The notes: generated by a model not told the origin, from the sequence alone. Counted from the whole stretch's first letter, positions 13,537-27,195 are shown. The stretch is 63,437 nt of DNA, filler included, from Octopus bimaculoides (GCF_001194135.2; 4 parts of 4 records of this genome joined end to end with filler, not necessarily neighbours in it); one strand, 5' to 3'. A program made the numbers and translations.

Positions 13537-14145
13537 GATAGATAGATAGATAGATATAGATATATATACATACATACATACCTACATACATACATACATA
13601 TACCGGTATATGTGCATGTATACGTGTATGTATATATACGTATATGTATATACAAGTATATCAGTATGTATATATGTGTGTGTGTTTTTTGTGTGTGTTT
13701 TGTGTGTGTGTCTATGTGTATATGTGTGTGTGTGAGGGTGGGTGGGTGTTTTGTGTGTGTGTGTGTGTGGTGTCAGAATAATAAAATCATATTGATGAAA
13801 TACTTACAAAATGATATATATTTCAGGGCATGACCACGGATTCGGGTTTCCAGCTTAAACGTGTAGATGTGTCAAGGAAATTATACATAGATATGAGTCT
13901 GTCGTCAGCAGGTAAGAGAAGATCACTAAGAGGAGGTTTCTGGTTTATATAAACCAAAGTCTTGTATTTCAATGAGAATGAATAGGGAACAGTGGAGAGG
14001 CCGTGAAGATTGCAAATCTTTATTAACCTTTACATTGAACTGTGTTAGACATTCAGAATTTGACATTAATCATTTGAATGTAATACTGGGACAGTGCAGG
14101 CCCAAATGAATTGACTTAGAAAATGTTACACTAACAGCAGCTAAG

Positions 14146-14149
14146 ACTA

Positions 14150-14222
<73 letters not shown>

Positions 14223-14223
14223 A

Positions 14224-14264
<41 letters not shown>

Positions 14265-14342
14265 CACTACTACTACTACTGCTGCTGCTGCTGTTATTAC
14301 TACTACTACTCTTACTACTACTACTACTACTATTGCTACTAC
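14146..14342. repeat. Compound (TAC)n/(TGC)n array
   Basis: Direct reading. Confidence 0.95.
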
Positions 14343-14354
14343 TGTACAAATGTC

Positions 14355-14426
14355 GACATTGCCATTGACCTTTTCGGGGTCGATAAAATAAATACCAGTT
14401 GAGTGCTGGGGTCGATGTAATCCAGT
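14355..14426 (+). mobile_element. SINE-D central-domain fragment
   Basis: tcggggtcgataaaataaataccagttgagtgctggggtcgatgtaatc. Confidence 0.75.
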
Positions 14427-14736
14427 TTTTGAACTTGTGCCAACACTTACAACTAATGTATCGACATCCCTTATGAAAGAAAAAGTGATGGAAGATTTTG
14501 TTGACTTTAGTTAGATTCGAAATTGGAACGTACATAGGTGTTACTAAATACTGCAAGCTGTATCAAATCACGGTTAATCCCCCGCTCTTGTAGCAGAAAA
14601 TCCACACACGCCCAACCCCGCAAAAAGAAACAACTTTTACTGGTCAGAAAATGTGATTGTGGGTGAAAAGTGTCAAAGATCATTTGAAGTCAATAAGATG
14701 GCACATCCGCATGAGAGAAACTTCAGACGCTCACAT

Positions 14737-14767
<31 letters not shown>

Positions 14768-15769
14768 CACACACACACATACACACACACACACACATGC
14801 ACACACACACACATACGCACACAAGATAGCTACTCAACTAAGAAGCAGTAAGAGACGTGCGCCGCCGCAGAAAGATTTTGATTTATCTATTGCTGTCTTT
14901 TATGCNNNNNNNNNNNNNNNNNNNNNNNNNNNNNNNNNNNNNNNNNNNNNNNNNNNNNNNNNNNNNNNNNNNNNNNNNNNNNNNNNNNNNNNNNNNNNNN
15001 NNNNNNNNNNNNNNNNNNNNNNNNNNNNNNNNNNNNNNNNNNNNNNNNNNNNNNNNNNNNNNNNNNNNNNNNNNNNNNNNNNNNNNNNNNNNNNNNNNNN
15101 NNNNNNNNNNNNNNNNNNNNNNNNNNNNNNNNNNNNNNNNNNNNNNNNNNNNNNNNNNNNNNNNNNNNNNNNNNNNNNNNNNNNNNNNNNNNNNNNNNNN
15201 NNNNNNNNNNNNNNNNNNNNNNNNNNNNNNNNNNNNNNNNNNNNNNNNNNNNNNNNNNNNNNNNNNNNNNNNNNNNNNNNNNNNNNNNNNNNNNNNNNNN
15301 NNNNNNNNNNNNNNNNNNNNNNNNNNNNNNNNNNNNNNNNNNNNNNNNNNNNNNNNNNNNNNNNNNNNNNNNNNNNNNNNNNNNNNNNNNNNNNNNNNNN
15401 NNNNNNNNNNNNNNNNNNNNNNNNNNNNNNNNNNNNNNNNNNNNNNNNNNNNNNNNNNNNNNNNNNNNNNNNNNNNNNNNNNNNNNNNNNNNNNNNNNNN
15501 NNNNNNNNNNNNNNNNNNNNNNNNNNNNNNNNNNNNNNNNNNNNNNNNNNNNNNNNNNNNNNNNNNNNNNNNNNNNNNNNNNNNNNNNNNNNNNNNNNNN
15601 NNNNNNNNNNNNNNNNNNNNNNNNNNNNNNNNNNNNNNNNNNNNNNNNNNNNNNNNNNNNNNNNNNNNNNNNNNNNNNNNNNNNNNNNNNNNNNNNNNNN
15701 NNNNNNNNNNNNNNNNNNNNNNNNNNNNNNNNNNNNNNTGTCGTTCTTGCATCTGTTGCTCTCCTTAGA

Positions 15770-15857
15770 TATTTATAATTATAGATGTCGTTGTTGTTGC
15801 CTGAGCTGTTTCTGTTGTAGTTGTTGCTTTTATTGTAGACGTCACTCTCGCTGTTCT

Positions 15858-15925
<68 letters not shown>

Positions 15926-16217
15926 GGTGGTAGTGGTAGTGGTAATAGTTGTTGTTGGTGGTGGTAGTTTTGCTATAGATGTTGTTATTGCAGATGTCGT
16001 TGGCGTGGCTGTCATAGGTGTCGCTGTTGTTGCTCCTGCTGATAAATGTTATTGCAGCTGGTGCTATTTTCCTAGACGTCACTCATCTTTTGTAGAAGGT
16101 CATGTTGATGATGATGATAATGATGTTGATGATGACGAGGAGGAGGAGGAGGAGGAGGAGGATGACGATGATGATGATGATGACGATGATGATGATGATG
16201 ACGACGACGGTGGTGAC

Positions 16218-16251
<34 letters not shown>

Positions 16252-16550
16252 TCGACGATGATGATGATGATGATGATGATAATTATGGTGATGATGATGA
16301 GGATGATGATGATGATGATGGTGATGATGGTGATGATAATTATGGTGATGATGATGATGATGATAATTATAATTATGATGAAGATGATGACGATGTCACC
16401 TAGATGTCACTATTTTTTTTCTTGTAGAAGTTCCTGTTGTTGTTATTGTCGTACTAATGTTACTGATTTCGTTTTTATTGTTGCTGCTGTTGTTGTTGTT
16501 GTTATTGTTTTGTAGATGTCGCTCTTGTTTTTGTTGTTGTTGTTGTTGTT
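15770..16550. repeat. Mosaic trinucleotide array (GTT, TAG, GGT, GAG, GAT)
   Basis: Direct reading. Confidence 0.95.
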
Positions 16551-17019
16551 GCTGTAAATCTTCCTATAATACTATTGTCAAGAATGATGCAGGACGCGGG
16601 TGGGGCAGAGACAGAAGAATTTTAATGCGAACGAACAATACGAAAAAAAACAAACAAAAAAAAGACATAATGTTATCTGAAAATATTGCTTATTTGAAAT
16701 ATACACAGGGGTGGTGTTTAAGCGATACGGTAGAGAGGCGAACAAAACGACATGTCACGTTTAGTGACATCTTTCTCTTTCTACGACCCGAGTTCAAATT
16801 CCGCTGGGGGATAAACTTTGTTTTTTTTTTATTTCATTTTTTTTTTCGTTTTACATAATTTTTTTTGTTGTTGCGTTGGTTTCTTTGAGGATGTATAAAA
16901 TAAAGTAGCATCGATTTTGCTAAAAAAAAATAATAAAAAGTTTCATATCATCCTATTTTATGTTCCGTAAAAAATCGTGGCGTTGTGCATGATGGAAATT
17001 TATGTCTAACACACATTTC

Positions 17020-18530
<1,511 letters not shown>

Positions 18531-18725
18531 CCATATTCTTTAAAATACTTCTAATGAAAGTTGACAACTCCATATTACAGCATTGATCTTCTCATCAAAT
18601 TCCACAGATATTCTCTCTCATAGCAATTCGTCCATTCTTTCATTCCTGTTTTCTTCCATACTTCCAATCGTTCACTGTATCTGGTGCGTTGTAAAAAACA
18701 CTGAATATCGTCTCAATACTTTTCT

Positions 18726-18765
<40 letters not shown>

Positions 18766-18809
18766 TTCTGTCAGCTCGTCGCCTTCTCCAGAACTCCTCA
18801 TGTGAGGAG

Positions 18810-18849
<40 letters not shown>

Positions 18850-18850
<1 letters not shown>

Positions 18851-18893
18851 CGGATCAACTGGAACCCTCGTCGTCGTAACCGACGGAGTGCCA
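18850..18893 (+). mobile_element. SINE-A 3'-terminal fragment (5'-truncated)
   Basis: tcggatcaactggaaccctcgtcgtcgtaaccgacggagtgcca matches the SINE-A tail. Confidence 0.85.
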
Positions 18894-19392
18894 CGATATT
18901 GTTTATAGTGTCAAAATGTTTGTAAGCTATATCAAACTTCAAATCAACGTTGCTTGACCAGATGACCAGATGCACGATGGAAAGTTACAGATGCGGAAAG
19001 GATCGCAAATGCACATGAGATGCAAAGTTTTTTGCTAAAGAGCGCAAAGTATCGTCACATCGGGAAATCGAAACCACAATCTCGTGATCGAAAGACCAAC
19101 AACCTGACTACTACGCCGCAAAATAAGCACTGCTAGCAAACGCAATTTCACAACTAATTCAGAATTTTAACACTGCAGAGTAGTTTTTATTGATGGATTT
19201 AAGATTATGTACAATATGCATATCTCATGTAGATGCGTGCCCACGCGCCCCCACTCAACCAAGCATACGTGTGTATGTGTGTGTGTGTGTGTGCGTGTGT
19301 GTGTCTGAGTGCCAGTGTCTGTGCATGTATATGTATGTGCTGACATATATACATGCTCAGATGCATATATATGTATATATATATATATATAT

Positions 19393-19492
19393 NNNNNNNN
19401 NNNNNNNNNNNNNNNNNNNNNNNNNNNNNNNNNNNNTTAATTAATTAANNNNNNNNNNNNNNNNNNNNNNNNNNNNNNNNNNNNNNNNNNNN
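19393..19492. other. Artificial 100-bp assembly spacer (44 N + TTAATTAATTAA + 44 N); same at 27882-27981 and 56058-56157
   Basis: Identical 44/12/44 layout three times; the 12-mer has stop codons in all six frames. Confidence 0.95.
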
Positions 19493-20260
19493 ATATATAT
19501 ATATATATATATATATATAAGAGATTAGCTGAGTTAGAGGTTAAAATAAGTGTCTCAGGGATAGAAGTGTCCATTACACTACCGGTATATATTACCTATG
19601 TTTAACCATGGGCATACATATGTAAGCATATTATGCTCATAAATTATAGGTAAAGACTAAGATGAACATGAGATTTTAACAAGGATCAAAATTTAACGAA
19701 AACAGAAAATGGAGAAATTGGCTTATATCAATTATTATTTACGGTACACATATGCGCCCCACCATTGAAAGAAAGCCTTTTACCATGTTTTGTAATGGAG
19801 AACCTTTCTCATCCCCTAACCAGGTTGTAGGATGCAGGCTTTTCAGAGTGGTTATCTCCTCTTCAGCATCTGATACCAGAAAGGCAGATGCTGCAAACTG
19901 GTACAAGAGACAAGTCAGTTCACTCTTATGATATTCCCACCAACATTCAATAACTGGTTCTGCTATTCAGTGGCTTGCTGTAGATAAAATATGGGGTGGC
20001 ATTGCTAAGCAGTGGTGTAGAAATACGAATTTGTTACCAGTTCAAATATATACAGAGGTAAAGAATTACATTTGTCTTCAGTTTTAGAGTCTGACGAGAC
20101 GTCTGCAAGAATAAGGCTTTTGTGGATGCAAAACGAATGGTCGCTCTATGACTAGACATTAACTTAATTACTGTTAATATGGTGGTCGTCTGCTCTTTAT
20201 ACAGAGTCTGACCACCTCTTGCGCTTTATGTCCGTCATGGCATCTGATGTGGCTTTTTAA

Positions 20261-20481
20261 CCCTTTAGCATTTAAACCGGCCATATCCGGCCAAAAGTAT
20301 TCTGCCTATTCTTTGTTCAAACTGGCCAGATCTGGTGTCTCACACCAACCCTACAATATCGTTTCAAAAATTAACAGCCACCTCATTAAAATCTCATAGC
20401 TACAAGATAATGCATGATTAGTTCAAAGCAATGTGGATAAAAAAGCATTAATTTTGGCAGAATAATGTGAACACTAAAGGG
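20261..20481. mobile_element. piggyBac-type MITE, 221 bp
   Basis: TTAA|ccctttag ... ctaaaggg|TTAA: TTAA TSD and CCC/GGG termini; homologues at 45215 and 54271. Confidence 0.92.
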
Positions 20482-21126
20482 TTAAACCAGACGATGTATT
20501 GAAACGACACACACATAGATTGCATATCTGATTTGGACCACCGAGAGCTGCAGCTAAGTTCTGATCTTTGTGGATCTTAAAATGTCTTTCGAGGCCTCAG
20601 TTAAATTTGCAGGCCTTATGGCATACACTGCATTGAAAGGTGTGCACAGATATATAGAGTAGTTCGTGGAGGTTCATTTTCTATGATCTACAAATATATA
20701 TATATATATTGATATGGCCTAACATGAATTTCACATTCCCTTCAAGTTGTCAGTAAAGGAAATACACACCACAACAAACAACATCAAGAACATCATCACC
20801 ACCACCACCAACAACAACAATTCCCACCGCCACCATCCAATGATGCTCACAATCTCGGTCTCCCATCAAATTAGTAGAATTCCACTTAAAAACTTGCTAA
20901 CTTTGAAGTAGAAAAAAAAAAGCTCCAGTTAATTGGAAACAGGTTTTCTTGTATGGTAAGTTTTCAGAGATTCTTCGAGAACAGGAAATAAAAAGGAAGT
21001 TGGCCATTTTGATGTAAAGAACTGGTTTCTCTCTTTGAAAGATAGATTCGGCTAATTAAATTTAACGAATGACTCAGAAATCTCAATGAGTTCTTCGTTA
21101 TTTACAAATATATGTATGTGTGTATA

Positions 21127-21946
21127 TCATCATCATCATCTTCATTTAACATCTGTTTATCATGCTGGCATGGGTTGGACAGTTTGACCAGGGTTGGCAA
21201 GCTGGGAAGCTGCACCAGATTCCAGTCTGATTTGGCATATGGTTTCTACGGCTGGATGCCCTTCTTAATGCCAACATTCTACAGAATGTACTGGGTACTT
21301 TTACACGGCAATGTATTGGCGCTTTCGCATGGAACCGCCACAAGTGCTTTTTATGTGGCACCAACACAGGACACTTGTAGGTCACTCCTCACCACCAGGG
21401 GAACCAGTCTTGATGCTTCTGCTGTTGAGTATGGGTTTTCTTGAGTACAACAAGACCTCAGGTGTCTCAGTGTTTTGCTGTCTCATCTGAAAGGCTCAGT
21501 ATTCTGAGGTCATTCTTCAGTAATTCATCCCATGTCTTACTGGGTCTATCACTTCCACGTGTTCCAACTAATTTAAGAGATTGACACTACTTTATGGAGC
21601 TGTTGGCATTCATATGCATTACATAACCAAACCAGCACAACCTTCTCTTGCATACAGCAAGCAATTCCTCTGACACTTAAATTCTCTCGCAAAACACTAG
21701 CACTCTGTTGAACATGTACACTTCCATTACACATCCAGTGGAGCATACTTGACTCATTCCTTTCTAACCTTCACATGTCCTCTGCTTTCAGGGACCCATG
21801 TCTCAGTACCATCTAGAATTGCTGTCTGTATACATGCATCATGCAATCTTCCTTTCACTCGAAGGGAGAAACCTTTCGTGGCCAACACAGATGAAAGCTC
21901 TCTGAATTTCTTCCATGCTATTCTTACTCTAGCTATTACACTCTCT
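21127..21946 (-). mobile_element. RTE-clade LINE 3' fragment (RT C-terminus, 3'UTR, (GAT)n tail)
   Basis: Minus strand ESVIARVRIAWKKFRELSSVLATKGFSLRVKGRLHDACIQTAILDGTETW...GSDRPSKTWDELLKNDL, typical RTE post-RT motifs; UTR carries ggaagggcatccagc. Confidence 0.9.
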
Positions 21947-21950
21947 GTGT

Positions 21951-22366
21951 GGAGGCGCAATGGCCCAGTGGTTAGGGCAGCGGACTCGCGGTCATAGGAT
22001 CGCGGTCATAGGATCGCGGTCATAGGATCGCGGTTTCGATTCCCAGACCGGGCGTTGTGAGTGTTTATTGAGCAAAAACACCTAAAGCCCCACGAGGCTC
22101 CGGCAGGGGATGGTGGCGAACCCTGCTGTACTCTTCCACCACAACTTTCTCTCTCACTCTCACTTCCTGTTTCTGTTTGTGCCTGTAATTCAAAGGGTCA
22201 GCCTTGTCACACACTGTGTCACGCTGAATCTCCCCCCGAGAGCTACGTTAAAGGTACACGTGTCTGTGGAGCGCTCAGCCACTTGCATGTTAATTTCACG
22301 AGCAGGCTGTTCCGTTGATTGGATCAACTGGAACCCCCCGACGTCGTAAGTGACGGAGTGCCAACA
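21951..22366 (+). mobile_element. SINE-A, full length, with a 14-bp triplication in the tRNA head
   Basis: ggaggcgcaatggcccagtgg (A box) ... tttcgattccc (B box) ... cgtcgtaagtgacggagtgccaac. Confidence 0.95.
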
Positions 22367-23089
22367 GTATCACACATACTAAGATTAAATAATTTTATTT
22401 AAATGGAAAAGTGGAAAAATGTTTATTAATACAGTATTTTCAGAATAGACTGATACATACAAAGAAAAATAGATACGTAGATTAAAAAAAAAGTAGATAC
22501 AAAGATATATACACACACTGTTAAATTAAAAGCGGGAGAGAGGCGGGGCAAAAAGGAAGTGAAAGTGAAAGCGGATACATAGATGAAAAGAAAAGTTGGT
22601 ACATAGATACATAGACTCAGATTGCAATATTCTAACTGTGGGCGACATTGGGGACTCTTTTGTCTTATCTGATTCTCTTTCAGCAATTGTTACTCTAACA
22701 AAACATCTATGCAGTCGCTTGACTTGCGACAAAAAGCAACCAAAACTCCTTCAAATGATCCCTCCTGTAATTAGTGTATCTCAGGCAATATGGTTGGATT
22801 TTAATAAGACAGCAGGCTTACGCCATTAGTATGATTAGAAGGAAGATGAGAGAAAATAAGATAACTATTTAAAACACCATATAGGTAGGAGTACAAGGAG
22901 GTTTAATTTTCTGTAATAGGTTGATGGGTAAATAAAAATTTTTGAGGATCACAGATATGAAAGCGTCAAAGGTTCATGGATATCAAAGTTTGAAAGTTAA
23001 AGGACGTGTGAAAGATAATTCTATTTAAATTTATTATTACCTGTATGTTTTAATAAATATTTGCTCATTAAATACTCAATACTCATAAT

Positions 23090-23150
23090 GGGAGTGGCTG
23101 TGTGGTAGACCAAGTCCTGGGGGCGATTTCTTCGACTAAAACCCTTTAAG
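23090..23150 (+). mobile_element. SINE-C with large internal deletion, runs into a gap
   Basis: gggagtggctgtgtggtag head joined directly to the 3' part aagtcctggggg-cgattt-ttcgactaaa. Confidence 0.65.
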
Positions 23151-23851
23151 NNNNNNNNNNNNNNNNNNNNNNNNNNNNNNNNNNNNNNNNNNNNNNNNNN
23201 NNNNNNNNNNNNNNNNNNNNNNNNNNNNNNNNNNNNNNNNNNNNNNNNNNNNNNNNNNNNNNNNNNNNNNNNNNNNNNNNNNNNNNNNNNNNNNNNNNNN
23301 NNNNNNNNNNNNNNNNNNNNNNNNNNNNNNNNNNNNNNNNNNNNNNNNNNNNNNNNNNNNNNNNNNNNNNNNNNNNNNNNNNNNNNNNNNNNNNNNNNNN
23401 NNNNNNNNNNNNNNNNNNNNNNNNNNNNNNNNNNNNNNNNNNNNNNNNNNNNNNNNNNNNNNNNNNNNNNNNNNNNNNNNNNNNNNNNNNNNNNNNNNNN
23501 NNNNNNNNNNNNNNNNNNNNNNNNNNNNNNNNNNNNNNNNNNNNNNNNNNNNNNNNNNNNNNNNNNNNNNNNNNNNNNNNNNNNNNNNNNNNNNNNNNNN
23601 NNNNNNNNNNNNNNNNNNNNNNNNNNNNNNNNNNNNNNNNNNNNNNNNNNNNNNNNNNNNNNNNNNNNNNNNNNNNNNNNNNNNNNNNNNNNNNNNNNNN
23701 NNNNNNNNNNNNNNNNNNNNNNNNNNNNNNNNNNNNNNNNNNNNNNNNNNNNNNNNNNNNNNNNNNNNNNNNNNNNNNNNNNNNNNNNNNNNNNNNNNNN
23801 NNNNNNNNNNNNNNNNNNNNNNNNNNNNNNNNNNNNNNNNNNNNNNNNNNN

Positions 23852-23884
<33 letters not shown>

Positions 23885-24404
23885 GTGTGTGTGTATATAT
23901 ATATATGCATTTGTGTTTGTGTGTATAAAATCTGAATGAATCATATTGGTTTTCTAATTATTGAGAAGCATAAAATTATTTTTTTGCAAACTCACAGAAG
24001 CGACACTTCTCCCCCCACACACTAACAAAAACACACTCTCACACACATTCATACACATACACACACACAAACGTCTACACACACACCCACACATACACAC
24101 ACAGCACATATTTCCCTTCAACTGAGGTGGCTTTTGACTGAAATGGTGGTATTTTAACTCGGTCAATAACCCTATCCCACCCGCCTGTACTATATTAAAT
24201 ACTTCCCCTCTCCAGCGCTCTACTCCCTTTCTTTCTATCTGTGTCTGTGTGTCTCTTTAGTCTTTAGTCCTCGCACAGCCCATTGACTGTACTGTATAAG
24301 CGATGTAGTTTGCTTAACAACCACTCAACTGGGGGTTTAGTCTCCGTGGTAACACTATATAGGCCCCTGGACAAATCAAAACAAATCAAGACTCTTAAGC
24401 ATAC

Positions 24405-24680
24405 AGCATCATCATTGTTATCATTTAACGCCTGTTTTCCACGCTAACATGGGTTGGACGGCTTGACAGGAACTGGTGAGGCCAAGAGTCACACCAGGTT
24501 CCATAGCCTGTTTTTGGCTTGGTTTCAACAGCTAGATGTCCTTCCTAACGCCAACAAACTCTGGCACCAGTGCATTTTTACGTGGCACAAGCACCCATGC
24601 CAACGCTTTTATGTGCAGCCTTGATTTTTAGGATCTCAATTCTGTTGTGGTGGGCAGGTCTTCTCAAGTGCAGCAATGAA
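24405..24680 (-). mobile_element. RTE 3'UTR-only copy
   Basis: catcatcat...tttaacgc...catgggttggacgg...ctagatgtccttcctaacgccaac, homologous to 21127-21400. Confidence 0.85.
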
Positions 24681-25021
24681 TCAACATAGATTGGAATCCC
24701 TACAACTGTTTGGCCCTTGGGTGTCTAATCAGTGTTCTGATCCCTTAAGGCAATACAGCCCTTTGATTTGTAGCATCTTGGACAAGCATCTTTGACCCTA
24801 GCATTTGGGTGAGCCAGAGTGTTTGGTAGCAGGAAAATAGGTAGAATCACATATCAGGGGAATGAGGGCTTGTATAAAACCAGAATCTAGCCCCTGAGTG
24901 TAGTTTGGCCTCCTCTTCTGTTTGTAGAATCATACCTGAGAATGTGGCTCAGTATCAAAGGGCTGTGTGTATGGATCTACCCCCACCCCTGCAGTAGAGT
25001 GGGTGTTAACTAAAATTGTTT

Positions 25022-25413
25022 GGAGGTGCAATGGCCCAATGGTTAGGGCAGCGGACTCGTGGTCATAGGATCGCGGTTTCAATTCCCAGATCGGGCATTG
25101 TGAGTGTTTATTGAGCGAAACACCTAAAGCTCCACGAGGCTCCGGCAGGGGATGGTGGTGAACCCTGCTGTACTCTTTCACCACAACTTTCTCTCACTCT
25201 TACTTCCTGTTTCTGTTGTGCCTGTAATTCAAAGGGTCAGCCTTGTCACACTGTGTGTCACGCTGAATATCTTTGAGAACTACGTTAAGGGTACACGTGT
25301 CTGTGGAGTGTTCAGCCACTTGCACATTAATTTCACGAGCAGGCTGTTCCGTTGATCGGATCAACTGGAACCCTCGTCGTCGTAAGCGACGGAGTGCCAA
25401 CAACAACAACAAC
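25022..25413 (+). mobile_element. SINE-A, full length, (CAA)n tail, 14-bp TSD
   Basis: TSD aactaaaattgttt at 25008-25021 and 25414-25427. Confidence 0.97.
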
Positions 25414-25984
25414 AACTAAAATTGTTTGTTAGTGTTAGGTGAGGAGGAAGAAAATTTAGTATTTATTCTAACGTTATCAGCAGTGAAGAATATTAATTAA
25501 AGGAAAGTAAATTAATTAAAAACTATAACGCCCAGATACACAAATTAAGAAAATATTTTTTCTCCTCTAATTTGGGTGGAATTGTGTAAATTAATTAAGA
25601 TATCTTGATTCACATCATTAAGGAATGTTAGTCTTCATTTTACTGCGTGCTTTTCAGGCAGAGGGTGGTACAAAGTAATCTTTCAAGCTGCCTGGCTGCC
25701 CAGTTGGTTTAATTGTTTGCTAGAATAATTAGGTTAAATGTCTATGTCTATTATTATTTAGACCTAATGTATTTAGGACTACATTATCTAATGTGTCCTC
25801 GTTGTTTACCCCCGGGTCCAGTAGAGTTATGAACAAAGATCTTTCAACTGGAACCATTTTTGCTTTTATTCAGACATAGCGTGTCTTCGACTACAATATT
25901 TAATGTGTCTTTACATTTTGAAGAGAATTATGTTATGTTTGAGGTAGAGCTAGCTGCTATTTCTACCAGGCAACCTAATATAAA

Positions 25985-26276
25985 GCAGGGTGGTACCACT
26001 CCTCTGGGAGCAGTACCACCCCTCTGGGAGTAGTGGAAAGTTCCAAGGGGGCGTTGAAGAAAAGTGGGGGTGATAATGAGGTACCCAAAAGGGGCAATTG
26101 ATGTAAGAACAACAAGATAATGGGTTTGCTAGGTTAAGTTTATTAGTGAAATGCAGTTGCTTTGAATTTGCTTCAGAAAGAGGTCTATGTTTGTGATGGT
26201 TAGTTGTGATGGGGGTGCTAGAAATGTGGCCTGGTTGCCAAGGGGGTGGCAGCCAGAAAATAGTTGGGAACCACTG
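25985..26276. mobile_element. Probable hAT-type MITE remnant, only the right TIR recognisable
   Basis: Ends gttgggaaccactg (reverse complement cagtggttcccaac, a hAT/Charlie-like terminus); left TIR not found. Confidence 0.4.
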
Positions 26277-26359
26277 ATGTAGAGGCTGGCCCTCCTACAG
26301 GTCTTGTATGTATGTATGTATGTATGTGTGTGTATGTGTGTGTGTGTGTGTGTGTGTGT

Positions 26360-26917
26360 ATTCTTTTACTTATTTCAGTAATTTGACTGTGGCCATGCTG
26401 GAGCACCACCTTTAGTCGAACAAATCAACCCCCAGGACTTATTCTCTGGAAGCCTAGTACTTATTCTATCAATCAGTTTTGCCAAACTGCTAAGTTGCAA
26501 GTGACATAAACAAACCAATATCGGTTGTCAAGCAATGGTGGAGAGACAAACAGACACACTGATATTTACATTTATATATACGACGGGCTTCGTTCAGTTT
26601 CCGTCTACTAAATCCACTCACATGGCTTTGGTTGGCCCAAGGCTATAGTAGAAGACACTTGCCCAAGGTGCCACGCAGTGGGACAGAACCCGGAACCATG
26701 TGGTTGGTAAGCAAGCTACTTACCACACAGCCACTCCTACATATATATACACACGACAGGCTTCTTTCAGTTTGCGTTTACCATATCCACTCACATGGCT
26801 TCGGTTGGCCCAAGGCTATAATAGAAGACACTTGCCCAAGGTGATACGCAGTGGGACTGACTGAACCTAGAACCATGTGGTTGAAAAGCAAGCTTCTTAC
26901 CACATAGCCATGTCTGC
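26360..26917 (-). mobile_element. SINE-C full copy (26360-26740) plus a tandem second 5' half (26751-26917)
   Basis: Both halves contain cttctttcagttt...gaagacacttgcccaaggtg...gaaccatgtggttg. Confidence 0.92.
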
Positions 26918-27195
26918 ACGTGTGTGTGTGTGTGTTTTGGGTTTTATTTTACAAATTTTTGGCATATGTGGAAAGAACCAATCCCCAACCTAGAAACAAG
27001 ACTCTTTCAAGCAAATTGAAACATCATAAAACAGTGGTGTATATATATACATATTTATGTATATATATGAATGTATGTATAAATAGCTACACGAACGATT
27101 GTGTGTGAATGTATGTATGTGTGTATATATGTATGTATTATGTATGCATGTATGCATGTATACATTTATGCATGCATGTATATATATATATATAT

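Noticed and set aside
15915-16403. Asp/Glu-rich 162-aa ORF as an acidic biomineralisation protein
   Set aside because: It is a (GAT/GAG)n microsatellite mosaic, and overlapping frames are equally open (poly-M).
19437-19448. TTAATTAATTAA islands inside gaps (also 27926 and 56102) as a biological motif or piggyBac site
   Set aside because: Each is centred in exactly 44 N + 44 N, total 100 bp, and has stops in all six frames: a synthetic scaffolding linker.
20950-20965. Isolated strong donor sites (gtaagt at about 20956, gtaagc at about 29249)
   Set aside because: No convincing acceptor and recognisable coding frame pair with them.
21951-22050. SINE heads as tRNA genes (also 25022, 28539, 54983, 58687, 61366)
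   Set aside because: They have A/B boxes but no complete acceptor stem or oligo-T terminator, and continue into 300-bp SINE bodies with tails and TSDs.
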